A stretch of 64,000 bases of DNA from Bdellovibrionota bacterium (lineage in GTDB: Bacteria; Bdellovibrionota_C; UBA2361; JBIIDM01), in assembly GCA_044238365.1 (NCBI GenBank), contig JBIIDM010000002.1:390-64389 (forward strand), given 5' to 3'. Below are positions 9,307-19,800 of this stretch, one piece after another; the first letter of the stretch is position 1; every line of letters starts with the position of its first letter. The translations under genes and the position numbers were made by a program. The notes under the pieces were generated by a model that ran no database searches, was not told where the DNA came from, and worked only from the letters and a program-made list of their open reading frames with translations.

Positions 9307-10983
9307 ATGGGATTCCAAAGATTGTTACTTATTGCAAGGCCTTACTGGGCATCTAAGGAAGGGCGGCGCGGGTACTTCCTGGTTGGGCTTATATTCTTTC
9401 TACTGGGCATTACTAAAGGAGTTGACGTGGGGATTGCCTGGATTGCCGGCGAGTTTGCTACCGCACTTCAGGGACGGAATGTACCCAGATATCATTCGTA
9501 TCTTTTATACTACGTTGGGATCATAATTTGCTCCGTTCCAATTTCAATTTCCTACCAGTACATACGGTCAATTTTAGCACTCGAGTGGAGGGAGTGGCTC
9601 ACTAAGTCACTGGTCGAAAAGTATTTCTCGAACCGAGCGTACTATCACCTTTCATACGACGAGGGAATCGACAATCCGGATGAGCGGATGTCGCAGGACA
9701 TTGAGACCTTCTGTAATATGACCGTCGGGCTTTCGATGTCTTTACTGGACTCCATAATTACTGTGATAACTTTTATTGGCCTCCTGTGGGTCATATCAGC
9801 TTCATTAACTGTTGTAGCAGCCTGTTACTCCTTACTCGGGTGTCTATTGACGTATATGATCGCCAACCGTCTGGTAGCCTTAAATTATGAGCATGTAAAA
9901 AGGGAGGCTGATCTGCGTTATTCACTCTCAGATGTTCGGCGAGATGTTGAGTCGATTGCATTTTTTAATGGGGAGGCAAGAGCACAATCGCACATATTTA
10001 ACCAATTGGGACTCGCTATCAGGAATGTCAGGGATACATTCATTTTGAATCGGAATCTGAGTTTATTTACATCTAATTTTAATTGGTTTGTGGCCTTAAT
10101 TCCAACCGCGTTGATCGCCCCATACTATTTTACCGGTGAGATGGAATTTGGTTCTATGACCAAGGCGCAAATAGCCTTTGGGCATGTATTTGGTGGACTA
10201 ACGCTCTTTGTTAACCAATTTAATGCGGTGAGTGCCTATCTGGCAAATATAGAACGAGTTGGAAAATTCATTGAGAAGCTTGAGGTTCCAGAGGTTGATT
10301 ATAGTGACGAGAACACAGGAATTATCAAGATTGTTCAGGGAACTCCGCTTGAATTGAAGAATGTAACAATCTTTACTCCTGACAACGCCAGGTCTCTTGT
10401 AAATGAAATTTCGCTTGTTGTGCGTCCTGGTGAGGGCATTATGATAGTCGGGCCCAGCGGATCTGGAAAGTCTTCGATTCTAAGGGCGATAGCCGGTCTT
10501 TGGACTCGGGGATCAGGCACAATCATAAGACCAAGTCTTGAGGAGATTATATTTCTTCCCCAACAACCGTATGTGCCCGTAAGTACGTTGCAGGAAGCGG
10601 TATGTTATCCAAGGTCAAGTAACTGCGCAACACAGTCGCAGTTACTTGCGATGCTGAAGATGGTAAATCTGGGCGATCTGCCACTTCGTGCTGGAGGGTT
10701 GAATGTCGAGCAGCATTGGAGGAAGTTATTATCGTTGGGGGAACAGCAGCGCTTAAGTTTTGCGCGCTTACTGTTAGCCGCACCTCCGATAGCAATTCTC
10801 GATGAAGCCACCTCCGCGCTTGATCAGGAGAATGAGTCAGTGCTGTATACACTTCTTCGAAGTCGCAGGACCTGCCTCGTAAGTGTAGGGCACCGTGAGA
10901 GTTTGATTCAGCATCACGAATATGTCTTGGAGTTAAAGGGGGATGGGGGATGGAGGATGTATCCTTCAAAGGAACAAAAGTAG
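9307..10983 (+). CDS. ABC transporter, fused permease/ATP-binding protein (ABCD/SbmA-BacA-like, ABC_membrane_2 type)
   Basis: N-terminal 6-TM domain, Walker A GPSGSGKSS, signature LSLGEQQRL, Walker B ILDEATSALD. The ORF track starts at 9127 overlapping flgE; the ATG at 9307 with a GGGGGG RBS is more plausible. Confidence 0.8.
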   Translation: MGFQRLLLIARPYWASKEGRRGYFLVGLIFFLLGITKGVDVGIAWIAGEFATALQGRNVPRYHSYLLYYVGIIICSVPISISYQYIRSILALEWREWLTKSLVEKYFSNRAYYHLSYDEGIDNPDERMSQDIETFCNMTVGLSMSLLDSIITVITFIGLLWVISASLTVVAACYSLLGCLLTYMIANRLVALNYEHVKREADLRYSLSDVRRDVESIAFFNGEARAQSHIFNQLGLAIRNVRDTFILNRNLSLFTSNFNWFVALIPTALIAPYYFTGEMEFGSMTKAQIAFGHVFGGLTLFVNQFNAVSAYLANIERVGKFIEKLEVPEVDYSDENTGIIKIVQGTPLELKNVTIFTPDNARSLVNEISLVVRPGEGIMIVGPSGSGKSSILRAIAGLWTRGSGTIIRPSLEEIIFLPQQPYVPVSTLQEAVCYPRSSNCATQSQLLAMLKMVNLGDLPLRAGGLNVEQHWRKLLSLGEQQRLSFARLLLAAPPIAILDEATSALDQENESVLYTLLRSRRTCLVSVGHRESLIQHHEYVLELKGDGGWRMYPSKEQK

Positions 10984-12284
10984 GTGATCGTAAAGTAGAG
11001 TCACGACTCTCCCGCACTGAAGATTCTCTTCTGGAGGAAGTCCATAGAGCACACTTCAGATATTTTCAGAACTATATCCAGAAGGATAGTGGTCTAGTCT
11101 TCGATCGATCTACTTCGACATCTCCGATATCAATTGCGGCGACCGGTTTCGGATTGTCAGCGTACGTTGTGGCATTGTACCGTTCCTGGATAACTGAAGA
11201 AGAGGCCTACGAGGTATTTTCCAATACCCTTACTACACTAGAACGGATCAAGGACGAAGCTTCATTTAAGGGTTGGTGGGCTCATTTCCTGGATCCCGAA
11301 TCTCTTAGACCGGCGCGTTCACCAAAGTTTTGGGATTCAGAATTCTCGACGATCGATACAACCTTACTTATGTGGGGGGTGATTAGCGTATATTCGGTGC
11401 TCGAACAAACGACTCCCGAGCGAGATCGTTTACGGGGTATCTGCGAGAGCCTGATCTTGGCTATCGACTGGCGTGAAATGCTGTTAAATGGACTGTTTGG
11501 TCACGGGACGGATGCCAGGGGAATTATAATTCCACATGTATACCGCGGCTACAGTGAAGCACTGCTGCTGTATGTACTCGCGCTTGGCGTTTCCTCAGAA
11601 GGTCAGTTGGAAGAGGGCTTATGGGAAAAGTACCTAGAGGAATTCTCTTTGTATGGTACCACTGATAACGCATTCGTGATGATGCCCGGTACACCACTCT
11701 TTTGTTATCAGTATCCACACTGCTGGTTAGATTTTAGGGGGGTGCGGGATCACGTTGGACGAGCGGTGAGTTTTGATTACTTTGAGAATAGTCGTCGACT
11801 GGTTAGTGCACAGATTCAGTATGCCGTTGACAATCCGAAAAAGTGTAGGGGGTATAGTGGTTTGCGCTGGGGATTTAGTGCCTCTGACGGACCTGGATGG
11901 ATGAACCAAATTGATCACGAAGGAATTGAGCGGTCTTTCTTGGGGTACAATGAACGTGGTGCACCCAATGGCCTGGACGATGGTACTATTTGTCCAGCAG
12001 CACAGCTGGCCGCATTGCCGTTTATGCCTAAAGTGGTCTGGGAGGGCGTAAAGTCTCATATAAATGATTCGATCAAGATTTATGGAAGAGAGGGATTCAC
12101 CGGTGGGTATAATCTCACTTTTCGCGATGAAAGTGGCAGTCCCTGGGTCGATGCGGAAATGGTTGGAATCGACCATGGGGCAGCAATACTTATGGTAGAG
12201 AACTATCGAAGTGGGCTATTGTGGTCCTTGTGTATGAAGTATCAGGGTACGGTGAGGGGTATGGGCAGGGCAGGCTTCCGTTAG
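10950..12284 (+). CDS. cytoplasmic six-hairpin glycosidase-like protein (DUF3131/GH144-like?)
   Basis: 444 aa, no signal peptide. Motifs GLDDGTICPAAQ and IDHGAAILMVENYRSGLLW resemble (alpha/alpha)6-barrel glycoside hydrolases. Overlaps the ABC gene end by 34 nt (operon). Confidence 0.45.
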   Translation: MEDVSFKGTKVGDRKVESRLSRTEDSLLEEVHRAHFRYFQNYIQKDSGLVFDRSTSTSPISIAATGFGLSAYVVALYRSWITEEEAYEVFSNTLTTLERIKDEASFKGWWAHFLDPESLRPARSPKFWDSEFSTIDTTLLMWGVISVYSVLEQTTPERDRLRGICESLILAIDWREMLLNGLFGHGTDARGIIIPHVYRGYSEALLLYVLALGVSSEGQLEEGLWEKYLEEFSLYGTTDNAFVMMPGTPLFCYQYPHCWLDFRGVRDHVGRAVSFDYFENSRRLVSAQIQYAVDNPKKCRGYSGLRWGFSASDGPGWMNQIDHEGIERSFLGYNERGAPNGLDDGTICPAAQLAALPFMPKVVWEGVKSHINDSIKIYGREGFTGGYNLTFRDESGSPWVDAEMVGIDHGAAILMVENYRSGLLWSLCMKYQGTVRGMGRAGFR

Positions 12285-12295
12285 GAGTTTAGATT

Positions 12296-15200
12296 TTGGG
12301 AGGGTATACAACCGTGGATAGTTTACTAAGTTCATGTACTCTTTTTTGCAGTGAAGGCGCCCATGCAATTCAGAAGATAGGAAGTTTCATTGAAGTTGAT
12401 TATAGTTTTGAGGGGGCTTCCTATTTTTCAGTGGTGTTTGCAGGGCCCTTTACCTTACCGGAGTCATTTCTTTTATCCACTGAAATATCAGGACACGGTA
12501 CCGCTACTAACCTCGAAATCAAGTGCGTTTTGAGTGATGAAACTACTGTCTGGTGGTATATCATCAGGGATTTCCGCTATGGCAACAGCGCGACTCAGTT
12601 GAATATTGGACGCGGGCATTTTACCTTCGCTTGGGGCGATGCGGTAGTTCCCTTTCATGAAGTAAGGCGCATTGAGGTAACTCTAACTGGTGGCCTGGGG
12701 CATAAGGGCACTATTAGGGTTGATCCGATTATGGTGACGACCTGTGCCGTGCCCGTAGCACAAGCGGCAGTTAAGAGCATTGCAACCCCAAAGGGAGTAA
12801 TCGACTTCACCTTTCTGGACGTGGAGCAGGCAATTGAGCTTGACTGGAAAGTTGACATGCCCAGTGATAGCCTTGAGGTGAGATTCTACGAATATGCTTT
12901 GCTTGGTGGTATTGTTTTATACTGGGCGCAAGATCAAATACCGGAATGCTACGAGCTCCAGTGGTTGCGAAGCGATGGGAGCTGGGTGGTAGGTGATGTG
13001 GTCGAAAAAGGGGGCTTTCGAACGTATCACAGGTGGCCGTTCGGTGAGGCCGCAGGGCTAAGGTTTCAGATACGTAAGACACAGCCTGGCAAGCCGAGCA
13101 TTTTACAGAGGCTTGATCTAAAATCACCGAAATTTGGTAAGAGTTGGAATGCGCTTTATGAGGATCGTGCGGCGCAATCGCCTCGCGGCGTGTATCCAAG
13201 AGCATTCTTGGGTGAACAGTCTTACTGGACGGTATTCGGAGTCAAGGGGGGGCATAGAAAGGGCCTGATTAATGAAGAAGGGCAGGTTGAGTTGGGATAT
13301 AATCTCCCCTCTATTGAGCCATTTATTAGAATAAAGCGAGCCGAGAAGGACTCGGGGTTGCTAAGCTGGGATGGATGTACTTATACGCACGAGTTAGTTG
13401 ATGAGTACTTGCCGCTACCTGTTGTTACGAGGAGGTACAAAGAGATTCAGCTTACCGTGCGTGCGTGGGCTGATTTTGTTGATGGCAAAGAGCACTTATT
13501 TACTGATTATCAGGTAACCAATCTTTTGGCGGAACCAATGAGGTGTGAACTCCTCATTGCAATGAGACCATTTCTAGTCAATCCGCAGTGGCAGGATCTC
13601 AATGTTCGGGGTGGCTTTAACCCCATCTGGGAGCTTGGTGTTGAACTAGGGCGTATGCGTTTCCGAGTTGATGAGGGGGTTTTCACTCTGGAAAGCGAAC
13701 AGGGAGCAAGCGAATTTTTTCTTTCCACCTATTGGAGTGGTGATGTTATTGCAGATGATTGCTGTAGTAGTGATTCCTGTAGTGTGACTGATACGTTGGG
13801 TCATTGTTCAGGTGTCTTGCGGTATTCCGAGATGTATGGGGCCAATGAAAGTAGGAAGTTTGGATTCCGTTTGTCCTTTGGAGAAGTAGCGGCACCCCTT
13901 ACCCGACAGTTCCTTGACGATTCATTTCAGAGGACCCGAAACAATTGGCATGAGCTCCTCAATCAGTTTTCTCTGGACATTAATGCTGTAGCTCAGGTTG
14001 GTAGAACTTTTAAGGCACAAGTTGGCTATATTTTCACCAATCTCTTTGGTCCGTGGATTCAACCAGGCACGCGCTGTTATCGCCGCAGTTGGATTAGGGA
14101 TGGGAGTTTAACCTCGAGTGCCCTGTTGCGGTGTGGTTATCATAATGAGGTTCGGGCTTTTATTGAGGCCTATGTTACGTATGTGGGCAAGAATGGCGCA
14201 GTGCCCTGCGTAGTTGATGGTCGGGGGGCAGATCATACGCCCGAGTATGATAGCCAGGGAGAGTTCTTGTTTCTTTTGGCCGAGTACTATCGCTTTACGG
14301 GTGACAGGCAACTGGTAGAGACCCATTGGTCACAGGTACGTGCAGTTGTTTCGGAGATTGCTCGCCTATCAGATCTGACCATGGGGCAGGAGGTGGGGGA
14401 ACACTGCCGGGGCTTATTACCTCCGTCGATTAGTCATGAGGGGTACTCTAACAAGGCGGCATTTTCTTTTTGGGATGACTTTTGGGGTGTCAAAGGTTTA
14501 AGGGATGCTTTGTTTCTTGTTAAGGAGCTCGGTAGTAGTCAGGAGGTTCAGTGGTTTAGCGATGCGTATGAGACATTTAAGAGTCGTGTTTTAGATTGTT
14601 TAAGGAAGAGCATCATGAAGCACGGAATTGACTATATTCCTGGAGCGGCTGATCTCGGTGATTTTGATCCTTGTTCGACAACTATCGGAGTAGACCCCTG
14701 TGAGGTATTTGAGGCACAGGATCGAAGTATCTTGGAGGCTACGTTTTGCCAGTACTGGGATTTCTTTGAAGGTCGTTCCAAGATATTTGGCGGAACCGAT
14801 TCATATACTCCGTATGAATGGCGAGTAGTTGGCACGCTGAGCCGATTGCAAATGAATCAGCAGGCGCAGGCTGCCCTAAAGTTTTTCCTGTCGCATTCTC
14901 GCCCTGCAGGGTGGTGCCATTGGGGTGAGGTCATTTGGGGTGATCAAAGAATGCCCCGCTTCATCGGCGATGCACCCCACGGTTGGGTTGGGTCTGATTA
15001 TCTGCGATCGATTTATTCGCTTTTGATCCGATGGGAGGGTGACGAAGTTTTCTTTGGGGAGGGGGTACCGGAGGAATGGTGGCGTGCGGGATTCTCACTC
15101 AAATTAAGGATTCCACAGGGGTGGCTCTTAGCTCGTTGCATTACCGTCAAAGAGAGTGGATATTTTGATTTGGAACTTACGGTAGACGCGACTCTCGGGG

Positions 15201-15301
15201 GGCCTGTTCCTGTGATAGTTTTGACGGTTCCCGCGACTACTACGATTTCGTGGCGAGTCTTCGGTGCAGGAAGCAGACTGGTACAAACAATCCTTGGGTG
15301 A
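12296..15301 (+). CDS. large (about 1000 aa) glycoside hydrolase-like protein with C-terminal six-hairpin (GH15/GH63/GDE-like) domain
   Basis: C-terminal half has YRRSWIRDGSL and PHGWVGSDY type motifs typical of (alpha/alpha)6 glucoside hydrolases. N-terminal half is beta-rich and unknown. Start uncertain. Confidence 0.45.
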   Translation: MGGYTTVDSLLSSCTLFCSEGAHAIQKIGSFIEVDYSFEGASYFSVVFAGPFTLPESFLLSTEISGHGTATNLEIKCVLSDETTVWWYIIRDFRYGNSATQLNIGRGHFTFAWGDAVVPFHEVRRIEVTLTGGLGHKGTIRVDPIMVTTCAVPVAQAAVKSIATPKGVIDFTFLDVEQAIELDWKVDMPSDSLEVRFYEYALLGGIVLYWAQDQIPECYELQWLRSDGSWVVGDVVEKGGFRTYHRWPFGEAAGLRFQIRKTQPGKPSILQRLDLKSPKFGKSWNALYEDRAAQSPRGVYPRAFLGEQSYWTVFGVKGGHRKGLINEEGQVELGYNLPSIEPFIRIKRAEKDSGLLSWDGCTYTHELVDEYLPLPVVTRRYKEIQLTVRAWADFVDGKEHLFTDYQVTNLLAEPMRCELLIAMRPFLVNPQWQDLNVRGGFNPIWELGVELGRMRFRVDEGVFTLESEQGASEFFLSTYWSGDVIADDCCSSDSCSVTDTLGHCSGVLRYSEMYGANESRKFGFRLSFGEVAAPLTRQFLDDSFQRTRNNWHELLNQFSLDINAVAQVGRTFKAQVGYIFTNLFGPWIQPGTRCYRRSWIRDGSLTSSALLRCGYHNEVRAFIEAYVTYVGKNGAVPCVVDGRGADHTPEYDSQGEFLFLLAEYYRFTGDRQLVETHWSQVRAVVSEIARLSDLTMGQEVGEHCRGLLPPSISHEGYSNKAAFSFWDDFWGVKGLRDALFLVKELGSSQEVQWFSDAYETFKSRVLDCLRKSIMKHGIDYIPGAADLGDFDPCSTTIGVDPCEVFEAQDRSILEATFCQYWDFFEGRSKIFGGTDSYTPYEWRVVGTLSRLQMNQQAQAALKFFLSHSRPAGWCHWGEVIWGDQRMPRFIGDAPHGWVGSDYLRSIYSLLIRWEGDEVFFGEGVPEEWWRAGFSLKLRIPQGWLLARCITVKESGYFDLELTVDATLGGPVPVIVLTVPATTTISWRVFGAGSRLVQTILG

Positions 15302-15332
15302 GATTTTACGCTAGCTGCAATAAATTACAATG

Positions 15333-15396
15333 GCAACAGAGTAAATTTGCAACAGAGTAAATTTGCAACAGAGTAAATTTGCAACAGAGTAAATTT
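15333..15396 (+). repeat. perfect 16-bp tandem repeat x4 (gcaacagagtaaattt)
   Basis: Four identical head-to-tail units ending 4 nt before the 3' end of the tRNA-Met gene. Confidence 0.9.
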
Positions 15397-15400
15397 ATAG

Positions 15401-15474
15401 TGGCCCCACCCCGACTTGAACGGGGGACCTACCGGTTATGAGCCGGCTGCTCTAACCAACTGAGCTATGGAGCC
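15401..15474 (-). tRNA. tRNA-Met (anticodon CAT; elongator type, Ile2-lysidine not excluded)
   Basis: Reverse complement GGCTCCATAGCTCAGTTGGTTAGAGCAGCCGGCTCATAACCGGTAGGTCCCCCGTTCAAGTCGGGGTGGGGCCA folds as a cloverleaf with CTCATAA anticodon loop. The 5' half is near-identical to E. coli metT. Confidence 0.85.
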
Positions 15475-15607
15475 TTAAAGGTACTTTCTTATTGCGTCCC
15501 GAATTTGACACGACTTTTACGCCCGTGTCAAATGATTGGCAGATACTGGGCAGACAGACGAAGAAGGATTATTACAAGAGCAGGATGTAGTGGTGTTCTG
15601 TTATCAA

Positions 15608-15781
15608 CCTGAGTTCGACGTAAGAACTGCGGTAGATGGCTAAAATTACTTCATCCACTTCGTTGCTCATGATATAAAATGCTCGACGTAGCAAGCTGTT
15701 AGCCTGCGCTTTTATATCCCTGCACGACTCGTGTCTAAAGCAATTTCAACCATTTACCTTTGTTCTTACGTCGAACTCAGG
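15608..15781 (+). mobile_element. MITE-like foldback element, full copy (20-bp TIR cctgagttcgacgtaagaac)
   Basis: Perfect 20-bp terminal inverted repeats at 15608-15627 and 15762-15781. Internal near-palindrome (gatataaaa...ttttatatc). A second full copy in inverted orientation at 42344-42519 is about 93% identical. TTATCA is present on both flanks. Confidence 0.7.
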
Positions 15782-15892
15782 TTATCAGGTTGTTTTTATC
15801 TGGTCGCGTTGGTTGCAGGCGCGAAATTCGTTATTGCGGGTATTGGTACAATAGGAGGTCAGTGCTTAGGCAACGGTTTGGGAGATTTTTTT

Positions 15893-16744
15893 TTAGGGCT
15901 TACGTCTGAATTTATTAAAGTCGGGTAGGCGTTTTTCAAGAAATGCGTCTCTCCCTTCTTGTGCTTCTTCGCTCATGTAGAAGAGCATCGTGGCGTTTAC
16001 CGCTAATTCCTGCAATCCGGCCTGACCGTCGCAGTCAGCGTTCAAAGATGCCTTTAGGCACCGTAATGCTGTTGGGCTCAATGCGAGCATCTCCTGGCAC
16101 CAGGAAACTGTAGTCGATTCTAATTCAGCGTAGGGAACCACGCAGTTGATTAGGCCCATTTCCAGAGCTTGAGCTGCGTCATACTGGCGACAGAGAAACC
16201 ATATCTCGCGGGCCTTTTTCTGTCCTACTATCCGCGCTAGGTAGGAGGCGCCGTATCCGCCATCAAAAGATCCAACTTTTGGCCCAGTCTGTCCAAAGCG
16301 CGCGTTATCTGCGGCAATTGTAAGATCGCATACGATATGCAAAACGTGGCCGCCACCGATAGCATAACCCGCAACCATTGCTACTACTGGCTTCGGTAGC
16401 GTTCTGATCACCCGTTGAAGGTCTATCACGTTGAGGCGCTCAACTCCTCCGATATCGGTGTAGCCTGCATCTCCTCTGACAGACTGGTCACCTCCAGAGC
16501 AGAAGGCATGTTCACCCTTTCCAGTTAGAATAACGACACCGATATCCGGGTCGTTTCTGGCCATATCAAACGCGACAAGCAGTTCACGAACAGTGAGAGG
16601 ACGAAATGCATTCCGCTTTTCCGGCCGATTAATGGTAATTTTAGCAATACCCGCAAACGTCTCATATTCGATATCATCAAAGGTTCTAACGGGTATCCAC
16701 GCTACTGGTCCGGTTAAGTCAGTTCGAACAGGAAATTGGCCCAT
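15893..16744 (-). CDS. menB: 1,4-dihydroxy-2-naphthoyl-CoA synthase
   Basis: 283 aa, near full-length identity pattern to E. coli MenB ([35 protein letters not shown]). Confidence 0.9.
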   Translation of the reverse strand: MGQFPVRTDLTGPVAWIPVRTFDDIEYETFAGIAKITINRPEKRNAFRPLTVRELLVAFDMARNDPDIGVVILTGKGEHAFCSGGDQSVRGDAGYTDIGGVERLNVIDLQRVIRTLPKPVVAMVAGYAIGGGHVLHIVCDLTIAADNARFGQTGPKVGSFDGGYGASYLARIVGQKKAREIWFLCRQYDAAQALEMGLINCVVPYAELESTTVSWCQEMLALSPTALRCLKASLNADCDGQAGLQELAVNATMLFYMSEEAQEGRDAFLEKRLPDFNKFRRKP

Positions 16745-16766
16745 ATTTCATCCTCTCAAATCATTT

Positions 16767-16828
16767 AGCCCGGATTATTCACGAAACCCGCCTCCAGAGT
16801 GGTTCGGGCTCGTAAATAATCCGGGTTT
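16767..16828 (+). repeat. REP-like palindromic element, full hairpin copy
   Basis: agcccggattattcacgaaacccg...cgggctcgtaaataatccgggttt forms a roughly 25-bp imperfect stem. Lies between the GH65 stop and the menB start. Confidence 0.6.
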
Positions 16829-19800
16829 AGGCTGCTTCGACTTCTGCGCCCTTACCAAGATCTAGTCCAAACTCGTACGCAGTAGTTGTAGTTTCTCCGG
16901 AAATACAATTAACCACGGTGCTACCAATCCGAACCGGGTAGGCAGCGCCGTCCTTGCTGATTACTTTCAATGTTACGGTCTCTTTGGTTACAGTATACGA
17001 AATTGCGTTTCCCTTGTAGGTAAATGAACCTGCTACTGAGTTCCATTGTTTTGGCAAGAGTGGCTGAAATGCGAGGATCGCACCAGAGAAATCGACTCCT
17101 GCAAACCGAGTAAGAGCCACCCAGAGGCTTGCGGCCATTACGCCAGTATGAATTCCTTCGCCCGTAGTCCCTCCTTGAACATCTTTAAAGTCACTATAAA
17201 GCGCTTCAGTATACAAATCAAAACAAAGTTCTTCTTCTCCCATTAACTGAGCAAGGTCAGCATGAACAATTTTGCTAAGAGTTGATCCGTGCGACGTCTT
17301 AGGAAGATAGTATTCGTAGTTTCTACGGAGAAGCCCAGCGTCCACATATTCGCCATAACCCAGCTGTCTAAGAATATCTTCTACCTTTTTGAGCCCAAGA
17401 ACGTAGAACGCCATTAAAGTGTCGGCCTGTTTTGAGACCTGATACTGATCGGGCGTCTTGTTTTCCGATTTGAGTACCCGATCCATACGCGAGATGTTGC
17501 CGTACTTTGCGCGATATTCATCAAAGTTTAGCGGTAGAAGGTCAAAGAACCCGTCAAAGTGTGAAATGACACCGTCCTTTATGACGAGGTTGAGAGTGCT
17601 GCTGATGGTATGCCACAACTGCACTTCTTCTGCGCTGATTCCCAGCCGCTCGATTACTTCCTCGCCAGACAGTGATCCTCCAGATAGTGATCCTGGAGTA
17701 CGTAACTCCTGAGACGAATTCTTGATTGAGTTGAATAGTGTGGTACCTGCTTCTAACAGCCAGGCAGTCATCATATTTGTATATCCGTTATCAATCAGCC
17801 CACCACCTGGGCAATTTTTTGCGTGTTCATGGAACTCATTAGGTCCCATGACGTTCCGAATATGGTAGCGATTCGTAGCCGATGAAAATTCTGCTCGGCT
17901 TACCCAGAATCGGCATATTTCAAAGAATATCTCTGTGCCCTCCCGTTCTATTAACGAGGTATCGCCGGTCATTTCTCCGTACATCCACAGATTAAAAGCA
18001 ATGGCGAGTGATACGTGCCGTTGAAATGAGCTGTAGTCTGGACCCCACTTGCCGCTGATCGGATTAATGTGGACTGTCGGTGTTTCTTCGATACCATCAC
18101 TACCACTTTGCCACGGGAACATAGCTCCGCGGTAGGAATGTTCCTTGGCGTACTGTCGAGCCGCGTCTAATCGATTAATACGATAACGGGTACAGGCTCG
18201 CGTAACCTCCGGAAAATACAAATTGTACCAGGGGAGAATGAAAATTTCGTCCCAGAAGATGTGTCCCCGGTAGGCTTCACCGTGAAGCCCCCTTGCCGGA
18301 ATCGCGGCGTCCAAGCCGCCACTTTGTGGCGAAGCTGTGGCCAGAAGGTGATAGGCATGGAGTCGGAGAATCTTCTGGGCAAGACGATCGCCGTCGACTT
18401 TAACGTCTACTTTCTCCCATATTGCATTCCATGCCTCCCGGTGGGCGTGGTGCAGTTCAGAGAAGGTCTTAAACGCCGTTACGGCCGATATAGCGGCTTC
18501 GTCAGGTGAGGCTGATTCATTGCTTGTTGCAAGCCCAACGAATTTTTCAAGTGTGAGAGTCTGGCCCTTGTTGACCGCGAAGCGACCGGAAGTAGCGGCC
18601 TGATTCGCATAGTCCACCTGATTCCAGGTAACAGGGATCGTGCTCGAGCCGAGCTCGGCTTGGCTTACAAAATCATTTAAGGTTACGCGATGCTGGGCAA
18701 CTTCGACTATTTCAGTTTGTGACTGAGTTGTTCGGGTAGAAAGATACAGTGAATCACCATCGACTCTCACGGTTGAGGGAAGTAGTTGCTGGGACGATAG
18801 TTCTTGGTAACGAGGTACCCCGTTGTTAAAAACCGAACCATCGAGCCGAGATTCAATTTCGATTATTGCATCCGACATTAAGGGTGTGATCGAATATTGC
18901 AGTGCTGCTAGATGCCGATGGGACATGCTCACAATTCGGGAAGAAACCACCCGGTATTTAGCATTATTTTCATCGGTGACTATCATGGTTTTTCGCAGAG
19001 TACCTTCTTTAAGATCAAGCCAGCGCTCAATTTCTAGACTTTCAGAAGTTGAAGGATCTACCCAGGGGATAGTAATGTTACTCGCTGTTATTTCGGGAAT
19101 CGCACGAAATCTTACGGGAAGCCAGTTCGGGGCATTTACGAAGTCTTCGTTGGTGGTCATTCTATCACCAACCTTTGACTCTAAACGGTTATAGAGACCA
19201 GCAACATAGGTGCCCGGATAAGATTTTCCATTATCATTACACTCTTCGAGCGCCCCGCGAGTGCCAAGGAATCCGTTTCCAACTGTGAGGAGCGACTCTC
19301 TTGATCGTTCGACTTTTTCGTCGAAGTCAGAGTAGGTTATACGCCAGGAATCCGTGCTTATCCCTTCGGTAAACCACGAGACCATCAGCGCTAGAGAAAA
19401 CTCCTCCATATCAGCAATCACGATATCAGCTCCCTGGGATCGAAGTTGGGCAGCGTTATGTTCCCGCGCAATTCCCAGCACCAGTCCGAAGCGACCACGT
19501 TGACCTGCAAGCACGCCTGAATCAGCATCTTCCACCACAACGGATCGTGATGGAGATGAGTGTAGCTCGGCACAAGCTGTTAGGAAAATATCAGGGTTGG
19601 GCTTGCCTTTCAATCCTCGATCCACGGAGACGACTCCGTCAATACATGTTTCGAAGAGCTCATCCAAGCCAGTCTTTTTCAAAATCTGAGCACAATTTTT
19701 ACTTGATGAAGCGACTCCAATTCGGATGCCGGCTGCTTTTAGTTGTTTGGCAAATTCGACGGTTGACTCAAATATTTCAACGCCGTCCTTCTCTAGAATT

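Noticed and set aside
15333-15396. Possible CRISPR array (short direct repeats)
   Set aside because: Units are perfectly contiguous with no spacers and are only 16 bp. No cas genes nearby. This is a simple tandem repeat.
15301-15893. Integrated prophage or genomic island at the tRNA-Met gene
   Set aside because: No integrase, no direct repeat of the tRNA 3' end, and flanking genes (glycosidase, menB) are housekeeping-like. Only the short tandem repeat and MITE are present.
15731-15928. 65-aa plus-strand ORF from the six-frame track
   Set aside because: It lies entirely within the MITE copy and the menB 3' flank. Composition and position indicate a chance ORF.
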